Source: Kondoa subrosea
Lineage: Eukaryota
Length of the DNA stretch: 64,000 nt
Assembly (NCBI GenBank): GCA_039545335.1
Contig: BCIN01000003.1
Coordinates: forward strand, 186,001-250,000
Direction: 5' to 3'
The notes under the pieces are model-generated. The model searched no databases and was not told the DNA's origin. It saw only the letters and a program-made list of their open reading frames with translations. Of the stretch, positions 51,201 through 64,000 are shown in pieces. Every line of letters starts with the position of its first letter. Position 1 is the stretch's first letter. The position numbers and the translations under genes are program-made.

Positions 51201-52279
51201 ATTACTTTGTAGCCCAACAACGTGATTTCCGCGGGTAGAAGGGGCAGAAGACTGATTATCTCAGGAAGGAGTACTTTCTCGCTCAGAAGTAAAGCTTGCA
51301 TAGCGAAATTCATTAAGATTGAGTTTCGGTGCTTGTCCAGCCAGTCTGCCAACGTTGATAAATGGGACTGCTGTGACAGGGAACTAGTAGCGATATGATA
51401 TTTGTATTTATGGAATCGTCTGAAGCCGAGCTCTTCGCACGTGAGACAGAATTTGTCGAGAGCCATGAAAGTCGGAAAGGTCAGGTGAATGTTCTTGCAG
51501 ACGAAAGGTGAAATGGTTGCATGGTCTGGAGAGAAAGCGCCAACCCTGACCCGTGTTGGCTGTTGATTGTGTTGACTATGTATAGGCATCGATAACATTT
51601 CTTCAATAATGAAACGAAAGTCCAAGCCGTAAGGCGAATCGTCCGTAGATTCGACCGGAATGCGGTCTTCTAGAACAGCAGCTCGATCAAAAGCCAAGAG
51701 AAGTCCATGTCCGTTGTATACACTATAATTGATCGCATTCGGTCGCAAAGTCACTCTTCTTCCTTCTTTCAGGTTGAATATAACGATACCGTTCTCATCA
51801 TCAAATGTAGTCGAACCACTTCCACATTGATGTTCGGTCGAGAATGTCTGACCACGACATGCGATACCAAAGTCAAGAGCCGTGAAAGGTACGGAGATTG
51901 ACATAGCTTCTGCCCTTTGTTCTTTCTTCTTGCGTACTTCTGCTGTTTCAAATATTGTAGACTGCAACTGCTTCACTCTGTTTTCGTCCAATGGCTTGTT
52001 CGAGCGACTGAATTGCATGACTCTCCCCTGGAAGCCTAACCCTTGAGGGAAATGCCTCAGAAAAGCCTCCGCAATCTCTTTATTAGCCATAGTACAGACT
52101 CCACAGCCAGTATGACCAATTCGTTGCCTGTTACGAAACAGATAGACTTCATAATTTGTTGGTAAGCCTGATTTCTCGTAGCGTCTTAGAGCATAAGAAT
52201 GGATATGTTGTTCCAGGAAAGCGGTCACTTGATCTGCAGAGGCACTGAAGGGAACATTTCGGATGAATAATTGGGCCAT
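48239..52279 (-). pseudogene. Cellular RNA-dependent RNA polymerase (RNAi RdRP with N-terminal RRM-like region), disabled
   Basis: FLRVSFLDED, FEMLGWTMS, CPARYGARLSQNFT, CFTDGAG, QVRIGGAKGML, LRPSMIKF, ISRSPT, SKAVDFPK, ILGKLYR. Catalytic motif reads GGGDLYGDLY; 1-nt frameshift at ~50551. Confidence 0.85.
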
Positions 52280-52521
52280 ACTGGCTTGCGCAAATCCGAG
52301 ATACCAGAAACTTGAAAGTGCGTGCCAACGGCAGCAAAAGCAGACAGATAGAAGCAGAACATAACATTTGCACTAGCGAATAAGGCCGCAGCATGATTAC
52401 GAGGAAGCGCAATTAGATGTAGAAAGAAACGTAGCATCCACAACCACATGGCGGTCTTAGGTTGAGCTCAGGCGACCGAAATATTGACACCCAAGTCTCG
52501 AGATATCCGCTGCAGTTGACT

Positions 52522-55280
52522 ATGTCGACGCTTAATAAGATGGGACAGCGCTTGCAAGAGAATCTAAGCGAGGGCTTGAGGGATCTAGGGCTCAATAATG
52601 GTTTCGAATCTTTGACGAATGCTGGAACTGGAGCAGGGAAATACTTGGAGAATGGGACACTCGCAAGCGATGAATCACAGCGGCAGACTCGCAAGTTGCT
52701 GGAATCCAACAGGGACAAAGAACGCGAGGAAGGTTTACATCGCATTCTAGCGCTCTTGGCCAAGAACCACCCAGTCGCACAGTACTTCCCTCTAGTAACG
52801 AATTGTCTATCGTCAGGCTCGCTTACTGTCCGGTCATTGGTATCAATTTACATTCTGCGTCAAGCACAACTCGAGCCAGATTTGGCTCTAATGTCTGTAA
52901 ATATGTATCAGAAGGATCTGAACGACTCCAATCCTGCTATTCGAGCGATGGCGCTGCGAGTTCTCACCGGCATGAATCTCGAAAGCATAGCCGGTCTTGT
53001 GGTTATTAGCTTGAAGCGCTCTTCGCGCGACGGCAACTGGCATGTGCGAAAGATGGTAGCCAACTGCTTATATCAGGTCTATCAGTCAGTTTCTCTCACA
53101 CTTACGACTATCGACCTAACCCTACTCAATAGAATGGATTCAGCACATTTCGGTTCATTACTCGACATACTAAATACCCTTCTAGCCGATCGATCAGCTT
53201 TAGTCCTCGGTTCAGCTGCGGCTGCCTGGAGCGACATGTGTCCAGATAGAACAGATCTTCTTCACCCGCATTACCGGACTCTTTGCCGATCATTACTGGA
53301 CGCCGACGAATGGGGTCAAGTTTCGTTACTCAACATTCTGGTTCGATACGCTCGACAAAATTTCCTCGATCCTAACGGAGGAGCTTCATTGGACGCCGAT
53401 CTGGAATTGCTGCTCAAGTCTTCCGAACCATTATTGCAGAGTCGGAATTCTGCCGTAGGGGATACAATCTGCTAGAACAGATCTGATGCTGAAAACCGCT
53501 GTACAGGTCACAATGTCTGTCGTTCGACTCATCTACAACCTAGCACCGACATCATATTTTCGCAAGCTGACTCGACCGCTGTTGAGACTGCTACATGCCG
53601 GTCCTGAACTTCAGCAGATTTTGCTCGTCGACATTTGCGTCATCGCTCAAAGTTATCCAGTAGTTCTTTTAAGGACAACCTTTTTAGTCAAGCGCTAACC
53701 TCTTCTGTAGGATCTTTTATCTTCTCACCTAACCGAATTCTACATACATTCGAGCGATACTCTCCCGGTCAAGAAGCTCAAGCTCCAATGTCTTGTTTTA
53801 TTGGCTACGAAAGAAAACTCGGCTGCACTGCTGGACGAACTACAGGTTAGCACTGGTCTTGCATTGCGCTTGATTGACCTTATTTTGAATTGCTTCAGAT
53901 ATACCTTCGAGACCCTGAAGAACTGGCTGTGTCCGAGACTATCAAGGCTATAGCGATGTGTGCGCTTCGTCAGCCGCAATTATCGGATGAATGTTGGAAA
54001 ATACTGCTCAATCTCCTTCGCAGCCCAAAAGGTATGCGCTATGTTTAAGCATGACTTTACTCTCATCAATCTTGCAGCTACATCAGTCTCTCAGACTGTC
54101 TTGGTAATCGGAGCTCTCATAGAACAGATGTCTTCGGCCACGAATATAGGCCGATCTCGAACACAGGTCATTGCCCAGCTGGTTTCGCTATTGCAAAGCG
54201 GTAGCATCACTTCGACATTATCACGAGCATCAATATATCATCTAGTTGGGCAATATGCCGAAGAAGGTGCATTGGATTCTTTTGCGCCAGATGTTTTGCG
54301 CTTAGCAGCTAAAGGTTTTGCGGAGGAGGTATGACCTTCTACATACCTTTGCTTCAATCTATTATGACACTGCGATGCAGGAGCTACCTACGAAAACAGA
54401 AATAGTCAATCTCTCAGCAAAACTTCTTATACAAGCCCATTACTCCTCGAACAGCAGCCATATCCGAGTTCTGACTTTACTTTTCCAATATATCCTTACT
54501 CTAGCTCGATACGATCTCGATTACTCTGTTCGTGACAGAGCGCGCTTCCTCAAAGGCTTGCTATCATCAGCGGGAATCGGCACAGAAAATGGGAAAGTTT
54601 CAGATGTTGATAGTTTCAATCGAGGGGATCAAGTAGAGGCGGAAGAGCTACATCAAGAGGAAAGAAGGGTATTCACGGTGCAGCAAGTGCGAGTGCTGTT
54701 ATCGGAATCCAAAGGTTCCACAAGCGAGAGTTTGCATGCTAGTCAGTATGCTCATTTCGCAAAAGGCTCGTCCACTGATTATCAGCATGAGCAGCATTCG
54801 ACTCAACTCTGTTCGGCTCGCTCTCGTTATCACTGCAACATCGAATAACGGGATCGATGCTCCTGCCGCCGTGGACGCAAACAAAATCCGATCCAGCTTT
54901 GCGGCAAACTGCAGTGAGTGGTGTTTCTTTGATATGGTTACTCTTGCTGAGGTGTTCTATAGACTGATGATGGCAGTCGGCCTGTTTCGCCAAGCATTAC
55001 TAGCATTAATCACAGCTCGGCGCGCAGTTTCTCTTCGAAAGCCAACAAGAATTCTCGATCTAGTACTCCTATTGTACTCACTCCAACTGGATTTAGCTCT
55101 TCGATACCTCAGCGTGTCAAACCGGGCGGCCGGAATTTGAATGATTTCCTTGCAAGTGAAGATGAAGCTGAAGAGTCATCGGAAGAAGAAGAAGAGGAGA
55201 CTTCGAGCGAAAAAGAGACAGAGTCAAGCGAGGAAGGTGAAAGCTCAGAAGAAGAGCAGAAGCAATTACGTCCAAGTTGA
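52522..55280 (+). CDS. APL6: AP-3 adaptor complex beta subunit
   Basis: Adaptin N-terminal HEAT region (EPDLALMSVNMYQKDLNDSNPAIRAMALRVL, DLLHPHYRTLC..DADEWGQV, PLLQSRNSAV, LARYDLDYSVRDRARF); acidic Ser/Glu tail. Confidence 0.9.
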
Positions 55281-55452
55281 CAATTTGATGAGCACTTTCT
55301 TGACTCATCTAATCCGAAAGCGACGACAAACGTATACCTTATCGCTAAATACCGCATGTGTTATATCATGAGCTGGAGCTCGAGTGTTGTGTTCTCTCTT
55401 CGTTAGCATCGCTAGTCACTATCTTCGCATATATCCAAGTTCAACACAACAA

Positions 55453-57287
55453 ATGATCAAGATATGCCGCGCTTTGCCCGCTGTGCGGTCTGGCAGCAAA
55501 GTGGCCTGCTTCAGTACATCTCAAGCTCCTGGGCAGACCTCCGAGGCTTCCTATCGCAAAGCACTGCGTGAATCGCAGCGAGTCAGTCTGTTCGTCTCAT
55601 ATAAAAGTTGTCTTGCATAACGCTTCGACATCAGGACTTTATACTCTCTGTACTTGAAGCTCAACCTTCGGCAAGGGACTCTCGATTTTATCTGAAAGCT
55701 TTCGCTCCGCCAGCAGCACCTAAACAGGTTACACCGCATGCTGCCAATAAACAGAAGACTACTGTTTCCAAGCAGGAGTCTTCTTCTTCCTCTTCTTCTC
55801 CGATATCTTTGCTACCCGCAGAACTCCGGGAGCAAAATAACCTACCTTCGGTTCAAGAAACAGTTGTCGATTCTATACTCAATCCTATCTCTCAGCATAC
55901 TGGTCTTGTTAAGATACAAGGACCCTTTTCAGATCGGCAGCTCAAGAGTATTTGTAATGGCATGGCGTATCTGCGAAGGCTAGGGCTGGTTTCCATCATT
56001 GTAGTGGATCTGGAAGGATGGCATCCACAGCAAGAGGACGCCAGGTCAAGGATAGCGAATGAAGTCATGCGGATGGCTGAAGCGCTTGAAGAACAAGGTG
56101 GCTCTGCTCGACCTCTTCTGACACCGATACTCCGACGAGATTCATCTGGCAAACTGGTCATGGACAACTTATCTAGTCTCCGTTCAGCAATTCAGCAAGG
56201 TGAAATACCAGTATTGCCTCCTTTCGCTCTAGAGAACAACTTCGTTTCCGCCTGTGTGTCGCCAAACGAGCTGATTCCTGGTCTGGCTTCATCATTGGCT
56301 TCTGCATCTAATCAAGGGTCAACCTCAGATGTTGATCTTACACCTGTGCGAATCATGGTCATCAACAGAGAAGGAGGCATTCCGTCTCATGCACGTGGCG
56401 GAACTCCCCATCTTAGCATTAATTTGGAGTCTGAATATGAATTCATCGAAACCACCTATGAATGGCAAGATACTCATCCAACAGCTTTGGCCAACCTGAA
56501 ACTCATCCGCGATTGTTTGACTGTTCTTCCTCGCACTGCTTCTGCGGTCGTCGTCTCTCATCGATCACCTCGAGCTCTAATTGCAAATCTGGTCACCAAT
56601 CGTCCTGCCCATTCCCCTTCTCTTCATGTATCTGCTTTTCCTTCCCACATCAAGCTAGAACATACGCCAACGATACTTCGTCTCGGCTTACCTATCAAAG
56701 TGCACCGATCGCTCGACTTAATAAACCTTGCAGCCCTAACAAAACTCCTCGAAAGCTCTTTCGGCAAGACATTGGATCAGGAAGCATACTATTCTCGACT
56801 GAAAGAACATCTGGATTTCATTATTGTTGCTGGCGATTGTGCAGCAGTCGCTATAGTGACCAAAGAAGGGCCGAAGAGAGATGTCTCATACTTAGACAAG
56901 TTTGCTGTTCTTCCCTCTTTGCAAGGGGATGGAACAGTCGATTTCATGTGGGGCGCTTTGAGGGATGAATCATTTGGTTTAGGGTTATTGGATGCCTTGA
57001 ATAACAATGGTGGATTAGAAGGAAGAGGCAAAGGTGTTGATCTGGTTTGGCGAAGTAGAGCGAACAATCCGGTCAACAAGTGGTACTTTGAAAGAAGCAA
57101 CGGATTTGTCAAGTTGGACGAAATGGGTAAAGGCGGAACTCCTGGCATGTTGTTCTGGTGCGATGCGGAAGAGCGTTTGGAAAAGTATCAAAAGGAGAAG
57201 ACAGTCCCGTTCATCGCTCAAGAGGAAAGTGAAAGGTTAGAGCATTGGAACAAGGTGGTTGGCAGTATCCCAAGCTGTTGGAAATAG
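55453..57287 (+). CDS. ARG2: Mitochondrial amino-acid N-acetyltransferase (N-acetylglutamate synthase)
   Basis: Presequence-like N-terminus; DFILSVLEAQPSARDSRFYL, LVKIQGPF, VINREGGIPSHARGG.PHLSINL, YLDKFAVLPSLQGDGTVDFMW, LVWRSRANNPVNKWYFERSNG. Confidence 0.93.
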
Positions 57288-57373
57288 CATGTTCTGGTCG
57301 TAAAATGGCACGTACCTTGTCCTACTGACGGTCTGACGGTCTCCGCGCGAGTCAAATCTCGTTCAAGTCGGAT

Positions 57374-57863
57374 GATGCAACCACACATTGCATTGTTTTT
57401 TTTTGGCTTCGGTTTCATATCATAATCTGATACGAATGAGTTGACTATTGTATTGGAAATCGCTATGACCTTTTGCCTGTGAGGGCGAAGTCACAGTGGA
57501 GTGTCCTTCGCTCTGGTAAATTGCTTCTTACCCCTTTTCGCTTTTCATGAGGGTTGTCCAGTAACAGCGTTCCGATCTGCAAGAAGAAGAAGAAGAACTA
57601 CTACAGCCTGTTTCCGTAGCGTGCGGTACACATCTCTTACTTTCCTTTCTTCCATCATCGAGCTGTTTCTGAGGTCTCACTTTGAGCTTGTCGAACTTTT
57701 CTTCTCTTTTCTCTCCTGTGACTTAGGGAAGAAGAACCATCATGACTTCTGGTACTGGCAAACCCAGTTATCTATGCGAAACGAGTGAAGCTATCAAATC
57801 GCCCGGGCCAGGTCTAGCGAGCATAAGTCATCGAATGGTAGAACGCATCAATGCAATGCAAGA
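57374..57863 (+). repeat. Inverted repeat copy B (~490 bp)
   Basis: Reverse complement of 43913-44396. Confidence 0.92.
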
Positions 57864-59017
57864 AATCGACAGCAATCTACCCGAATTTCAAGGAAAGACA
57901 ATTTCTTATGCTGTTCTCAGTGAAAGGGGTAACTTGGCTATTGCAATGCAGGGACAAGCGGAGAAAGATTTCAAGGTGTGACTATTCAATCTTGTTCCGT
58001 GTATTTCTTTTCCTGAGTCTACGCGTATGTATAGGCTATTAGATCAGTTGCAGAAGCTTATAGAAGCCCAAGAGCTGTTTTGATGCTCTTCGCTTTCTTG
58101 TATGAATATACTCGTAAGAGCGGTATAAGTGATAGAGAACTGCAGAAGCAATTAGCTGAAGAGTAGGTTTTGCCTTTATCGCATGACTGATTACAGCTGA
58201 TTACCTGTGTAGATACGGAGTGGATTTGAGGAAAGTCAAAAGTGGCGAAGAGATACCAGTAGACGAGCAATACAAGAAGGCCATGGATAGTCTAGGAGGG
58301 AAAGCGATGCAAGATCAAGCAGTAAGCTAGTAAACCGGGTCAATATAGACATAAAGATAGCATTACATTGTACATCAATTATTCAGACGAAAAGAGGAGC
58401 ATTTCTCTCAGGTCCAAAGCACTCGCAGCAGCTTCTTGCAAGCAAAACACCGCTACACTGGCTACTGGATCATCATTAGAAAATTGTCAAGAGATGCTGA
58501 GCCCACGCATATAGCCTCGGATCAGACGAAACCTAACCCTCCGATCAACCGAAGGTACAAAATGAATAGCCATTCAGCCGAACAACAACATCAATCTGCA
58601 CTTCAAGCTGATCCAAGTTTCGGTAACTCCAATAAAAGCAGAGGTATCGCGTTCCAAAATCATTCTTTCCATCAAAGAAAAAGGGGGAAGAAAGGTGTGC
58701 ATGAATTCCGTCCGTAGAGCATCTGCATCGGATTGTCATTACGAAAAAGGGAAAGGTGAAGCTTCGCTCGATCATGATCCTCCTCTCCGTCTTAGTCGGA
58801 AAAAGCGATAAGACATTTGATCGACTCGATAGTTGTTATCCAAGCGTTGGCGAGTCTTGCATTGAAGAACATGTCACTGGCGAACGAGTGAAGAGCATGT
58901 CTGTTGCAAGCAAGAGCGAATGCATGTCTGGGCGTTTCCTTCTGTGAACTAGGCCCCGGAGGGAAATAGAAGCAGCAGAAAGAAGAACGGCATGGATCCA
59001 GATTGCATTGCTAGGTG

Positions 59018-59090
59018 TGCACTCCAGGGCGCGGCTTTGTGTTTGCACTCCGGAGAGCGGCTTTGTATTTGCACTCCTGAGAGCGGCTTC
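59018..59090 (+). repeat. 26-bp tandem repeat, ~2.8 copies
   Basis: tgcactccagggcgcggctttgtgtt / tgcactccggagagcggctttgtatt / tgcactcctgagagcggcttc. Confidence 0.85.
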
Positions 59091-59955
59091 AAGGTTTGAA
59101 ATGTGCTTGGTCTGGGACTGAAACGACATTGTCGAGGTATTTGCGTCGTGTTAGGCTTTGACGGCTTCGTTTTGCGTCAGCGAGGGTGTGACGGCTTCGA
59201 GTTGGGGTTGCTGAACGGCAAGGCGATCGTATAGTCCACACAAAACTTGACGCATTCGATCAAAAAAGCTTCGATATTGCTCCCGCAACAAAGAATCGCA
59301 GATTCGAATGCTCGTCCTCGGTCCGTGTTATATGTTCGGGTCTTATAAGGGTGTTCCCAGCATTCGATTCGCGCTGAACACAAAATGCTGGGCCTTGTAA
59401 GGCATGAACGATATTGCAGTCAAGTTGATAAAAGAGCTGTGTGAACCAAAAGACGGAGGATCGTAGGACAATGATTGTTCGTGACAGTTCGGTCGAAACC
59501 TATGGCCTTCGCGGAAGAAAGCTACACTGTCGAACTTAGAGCAGAAGCTTCCCTTTCCCAATTCGAGACAAGATGATGCGTGCGATGCTCTACGTGGTCC
59601 GATCATTGAACCGTGTCTCTTTCGAGACTAGAGCATTTGCAATTCGAATGTCAAGGATCAAAGAGGAGTTCAAAGAAACACAAAAGAACGACGCGAAAAG
59701 AGGTTGGACTTCCTCGTGTGTAGCGTCGACGCGATGCTATGTCATGAATCAGCGAATAACAAGATCGAGCAGTGTAGAACTTACTGAGCACAGCATGAGG
59801 GAAGAAAGAAGAGACAGAATCCTGAGGTTCACCTCGTCCACCTCCGGACTCACCTCATGAGGTTACCGGAGAGGTCGGCCGCCCTGACTCATGACGCTCA
59901 TATTTTGAGCTTCCGCTCCCAAAAAACTTTCTTCCTCATTCAGCAACCTGTCAGC

Positions 59956-62834
59956 ATGAACACCTTGCCTGAACCTATAAACGATCCACAATACCCAAAT
60001 GACTTGTCAAGCGCTGGTCACAACCTGGAACAGGAGAGCTCTGATTCCTCGGCACAAACATTGGTAGAACAAAGTCCTAGAGCTCGAACTGCCTCTACAG
60101 CTTCTCAAGCATCACCTAAAGCAGCAAGACAGCGCTCAATCTTAGTCAAAGAACCCACAGATCGGCCTTCTCGAAATCGTGCAAAATCTGAAGCCAGATC
60201 AACAAAACTACCTCCTCTGGCAAGTAGAACAGCACCAGACACAGTCGACGATGCAGAAGGCCCATCTCCGCCTATGATCCGAGTCCCCACTTTCAACAAT
60301 CGCAGCGTTTATTATTCGAGCGGCGGTCAAGGATCTGCATTAAGGAAATATGCTTCAGAAGGCGCTAAAGTTGCTACTTTTCGATCTTTCAGTGCGGATG
60401 ACCCAAGAGCTAGAAGAGGTTTACCTGGATTGTTCTCTTTGGTCTCGCATGAGAATTTCCATGCAGATGAAGTTGGTTATAGGGAATCTATGTTCAACCA
60501 TGACGATGATGATGAGGAGGAACAAGGCAACAATAACCAAGACTCAGAGAAGAAGAAGAAGGAGGAGAAAGATCCTAATTTGATTGTCTTTGAAGGAAAA
60601 GGTGAGACTTCTCATGCCGAAGCAATTTGCCCTCGGGTTAATTTGAGATACCCAGACGATCCTTTGAACCCTCAAAACTGGTCACAAGGACGCAAATACT
60701 ATCAAACACTCTTGCTCGGTCTTAGCACACTCGTAGTCACTTTCGCTTCTTCCGTCTTTTCTTCAGCGACGACCGTCGTTGCTCGAGAATTTGGTATCGG
60801 AACAGTCACAGCTACTCTTGGCACATCGCTCTTCGTATTAGGATATGCTGTTGGACCACTAATATGGGGACCAGCTTCAGGTCAGTTCGAGGTATCCTGG
60901 TAACAATACTTTTTTCGCTGATCGTACGCTTTCCCACTACTTTAGAATTTGCCGGCAGGAAATACCCACTCAGTCGGTTAACATACCCTTCATGCAGACT
61001 ATTTCTGATAGGGTCTGTTTTCAACAGTGCTCTCCTATGCTATCTTCGCAATCTTCGCTATTCCAGTAGCTGTAGCTCAAAATGTCGAAACAAGTACGTT
61101 TCTTGTTTTGATTGGTGTACTCGACAGCGTCTCACAATAATCACGTTAGTCTTCATCTGTCGCTTCATCGGTGGAATCGGTGCATCAGGCCCTCTAGCTA
61201 TTTGTGGCGGTGCGTTGGCTGATTTCTGGGAAGCTGAAAAAAGAGGTGGTGCTGTGAGTTCTCAATTGCCTCTAATACTCTAATAGAGAAAATGGTATGC
61301 TAATTCGTGTGCTTAAAGATTGCTGTCTTCGCTCTCGCAACGTTTGGAGGCCCAGCCGTCGGACCTGTACGTTAGCAAGCTCACTGCTTTTGTTTTTGAA
61401 GCCAATTATTGCTCAGATCGTTGGATCATTCATTACCAAGTCATATCTCGGCTGGCGATGGACGCAATGGATCACATTAATCTGGGCATGTGCTATGCTG
61501 ATACTCGTTGCTCTTACATTGAGAGAGGTGTGTACATTCGTATGAGTATTGTATTTGAAGCTAAGCATTCTTGAGAACAACAGAGCTACGTGCCTTTATT
61601 GTTATCACAAAAAGCGAAGAAAATACGCTACGAGACCAAGAACTGGGCTGTACACGCAAAAATGGACGAACAGCAATTCTCATTCAAGAACATTCTCACA
61701 GTCTATGCTGTTCGACCGCTCAAGATGCTTGTTAGCGAAATCATGCTGTTGTTGCTAACAATTTATACATCTTTGGTTTATGGGATTTTGTACCTGTTGT
61801 TCTCGTCTGTGCCCCTGGAAATGCAACGAAAGAGAGGCATTGATTCGGGTGTGGCTTCATTACCTTTCATCGCTGTGTTCAGTGAGTTTTCTCCATTATG
61901 ATATAAGGCGACTCTAATGCTTTCTAATCAGTTGGTGCATTGTAAGCTCATCAATGCATTCCTTGCAGTCCGAGTGAAACTGACGATCGAGCAGCTGTGG
62001 TTGCTGTATTGTCTGGTCTTTCGTACCAAGAGTAAGCAGCATCTTGTACTTCTCAGTTCCGGAGTTGATTTTTTTTGTTGCAGTACAACCGAAAGCTACA
62101 TCAGCTCAAGGCTATCAGCGTACCTGAAGAACGTATGATCCCTATGATCATCGGAGCGTAAGCAGAAGTTTGCCTAGCTGTTTTTCTGGAAATGAACGAT
62201 TTCACACAGTTTCATCTTCCCCGTCGGACTTTTCATGTTTGGCTGGACCGATGTCGACTATGTGTCATCAGTCTGGCCATCTATCATAGCTGTAAGTCTT
62301 TTTCAGGTTCCCATCTTTCAAGCTGACACTTAGATCTGTAGCTCGCTATCATTGGCTGCGGCATTGTTCTACTCTTCTTGCAAGCCATCAATTACATCAT
62401 TGATGCATATCTTCTTCAGTGCGTTATACAGCAGACACTTCGTCTCGCGCAAGCTGACCTTGGCCGAACAGTGCGAACTCAGCATTGGCTGGTAACACCT
62501 TCATGCGTTCTTTCGCCGGCGGTGAGTCGCATAGTATCCTTCTGCGGCAAGATCTCATTCTCTCTTGCAGCTGGATTCCCACTTTTCGCTGTACAAAGTG
62601 AGCGATTTTGAGCCCTCACGCATTGATTTGGCCCTGATTCGTCCTTTAGTGTTCAACTATCTGGGCGTAGCGCCAGCAAGCTCTTTATTAGGTGGTCTTG
62701 CTGTCGTTTTGATTCCGGTGCCCATCCTATTGTAAGCACGCATGTAAGGCCAACAACAGACTCTAGCTGACTTGCTTTACAGCTACCTTTATGGCAAGAA
62801 GCTCAGACAGAAGTCCAAATTCGCGTTCGCGTGA
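59956..62834 (+). CDS. MFS drug:H+ antiporter, DHA1 family (Tpo1/Flr1-like)
   Basis: DDPLNPQNWS, TFASSVFS, LGTSLFVLGYAVGPLIWGPASEFAGRK, ICRFIGG, GGALADFW, LGWRWTQW, RPLKML, PEERMIPM, NYIIDAY, AAGFPLF. Confidence 0.93.
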
Positions 62835-62953
62835 GCTTATCTAGTATTTATCAACCAGTTGTTGCAAGTGTCGGAGGAGTTCAGTTCAAATAGATTATTA
62901 GCCCTAATACTTGTCAAGATGTACATAAATAGCATTCGCATCGTTACACGCTA

Positions 62954-64000
62954 TCACTTCCTGCTACTGTTCTTACTCGTCGACGGTACTACAAACGAAT
63001 TGTCATTTTCGAGCGATTCTAAATCCTCCGCTCCAGCAGCTTTCGTTCTCAGCTTCATCTTCTTCTTCACTTTCGGTTCAGATATGATTATTGACTGGTC
63101 TTCATCTCCTTCTTCTTTTAATGTCATGACTGGAGACTTTCTCGCCTTTGAGGTCACTTTAGCAGTTCTGCTAGTTGCCGCCGAGGAGGCACGAGAAGTT
63201 GAAGCTCTTGTCGAACGACGAGCAGGCTGCGCAGCGGTCTTCTTTACTGGTAATGCTGGCTTGACAAAGATCGCATCATCTTCATCGCCAGAAGAAACAT
63301 ATGTCGTCGCAGAAGCAGCAGGCTTATTGGTCTGCTGAGGTGCTGGCCGATCGCCCAATACGACCTGTGCATGCTTGCCATTCGGCGTCGACTCTACTAA
63401 TGGAAAGTTGCCAGCTGGTGCCAATCGATCTACTTCCACTGCGATGTTACGTGTCGGCGTTGTTACTGGTCCTTCTGCTACCGCTACTGGATTATCTTCA
63501 TCTGGTTCTGTATCCAGATCAGATAAATCGGATTCCTCTTGCAGCATTTCCAGCTCATATTTATGCATTTGGTTGAGTATGTCGATCTTCTTGTTCAGTT
63601 TGTCTTCTGAAGCCTCAATCTGTATAAATTCATGAGTTTAATTAAGACAAGCGATTCAAGGAGCTAACCGCTTGAGCAACTCTTCTGTCTGCTTCTCGCT
63701 CCATCTCTCGCATTTTCGTATCAAACTCATCAAACATTGCTGCTCGAAGATCTTCAGCCATCATGGCCATCTGAATTTTGCTTTGTGAGAGCTAAAAGAA
63801 ATATATTCAGTTGGGAATGATGTACTTGATCAGGCAAGAAATTTACCTGGGCTCGAAGATTTATGTTCTCTTGATGCAGATACTTGACCATCTCATCCTC
63901 TTGTTCTTCCTCCGAGAGATCTTCTTCGTCATCCTCTAATGGCCACATGATCAGAGATAAACCATAAACCTTGAGAATTACAACTTTACCTTCAATAGTC
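62954..64000 (-). CDS. 3' part of a coiled-coil protein, possibly a kinesin-6-like tail (partial, runs off window)
   Basis: Acidic stretch then coiled coil AEDLRAAMFDEFDTKMREMEREAEDRRVAQ..EASEDKLNKKIDIL and a basic low-complexity end; no motor domain in the window. Confidence 0.45.

Noticed and set aside
43913..57863. Giant cargo transposon (TIR element or Starship) interpretation
   Set aside because: No transposase or tyrosine recombinase seen, no target-site duplication identified at the outer ends, and the cargo includes core genes APL6 and ARG2.
59018..59090. CRISPR-like array
   Set aside because: Contiguous tandem units with no spacers, in eukaryotic DNA.

Overview
Gene-dense, intron-rich eukaryotic DNA (short ~50-60 nt GT-AG introns, many micro-exons) from a fungus; protein similarities point to a basidiomycete (inference). 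Recognisable genes in order: ERO1, a Costars/ABRACL protein, a decayed orphan ORF, a secreted histidine acid phosphatase, a DUF2439 protein, an MHYT membrane sensor, an orphan coiled-coil gene, a CNNM/Mam3 DUF21-CBS protein, NADPH-cytochrome P450 reductase, an ABCC transporter, PRA1/Yip3, a Kv-beta-type aldo-keto reductase (AKR), an AA16 LPMO, ATG1, a C2-RasGAP, an RRM-RGG protein, a rhodanese sulfurtransferase, an MSH4 pseudogene, a disabled RNA-dependent RNA polymerase, AP-3 beta, ARG2, a DHA1 MFS transporter and a partial kinesin-like tail. The best observation is a 56-nt spliceosomal intron in the AKR gene (26273-26328) made of an antisense copy of an exon of the neighbouring PRA1 gene and bounded by a 10-bp direct repeat. 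It looks like a recent intron gain by templated insertion with an identifiable donor, possibly spliced PRA1 RNA/cDNA. A second cluster of oddities is a ~13-kb segment bracketed by ~485-bp inverted duplications that carries adjacent decaying MSH4 and RdRP (DLDGD->DLYGD) genes. Exon boundaries were called by eye and are approximate; no database searches were run.
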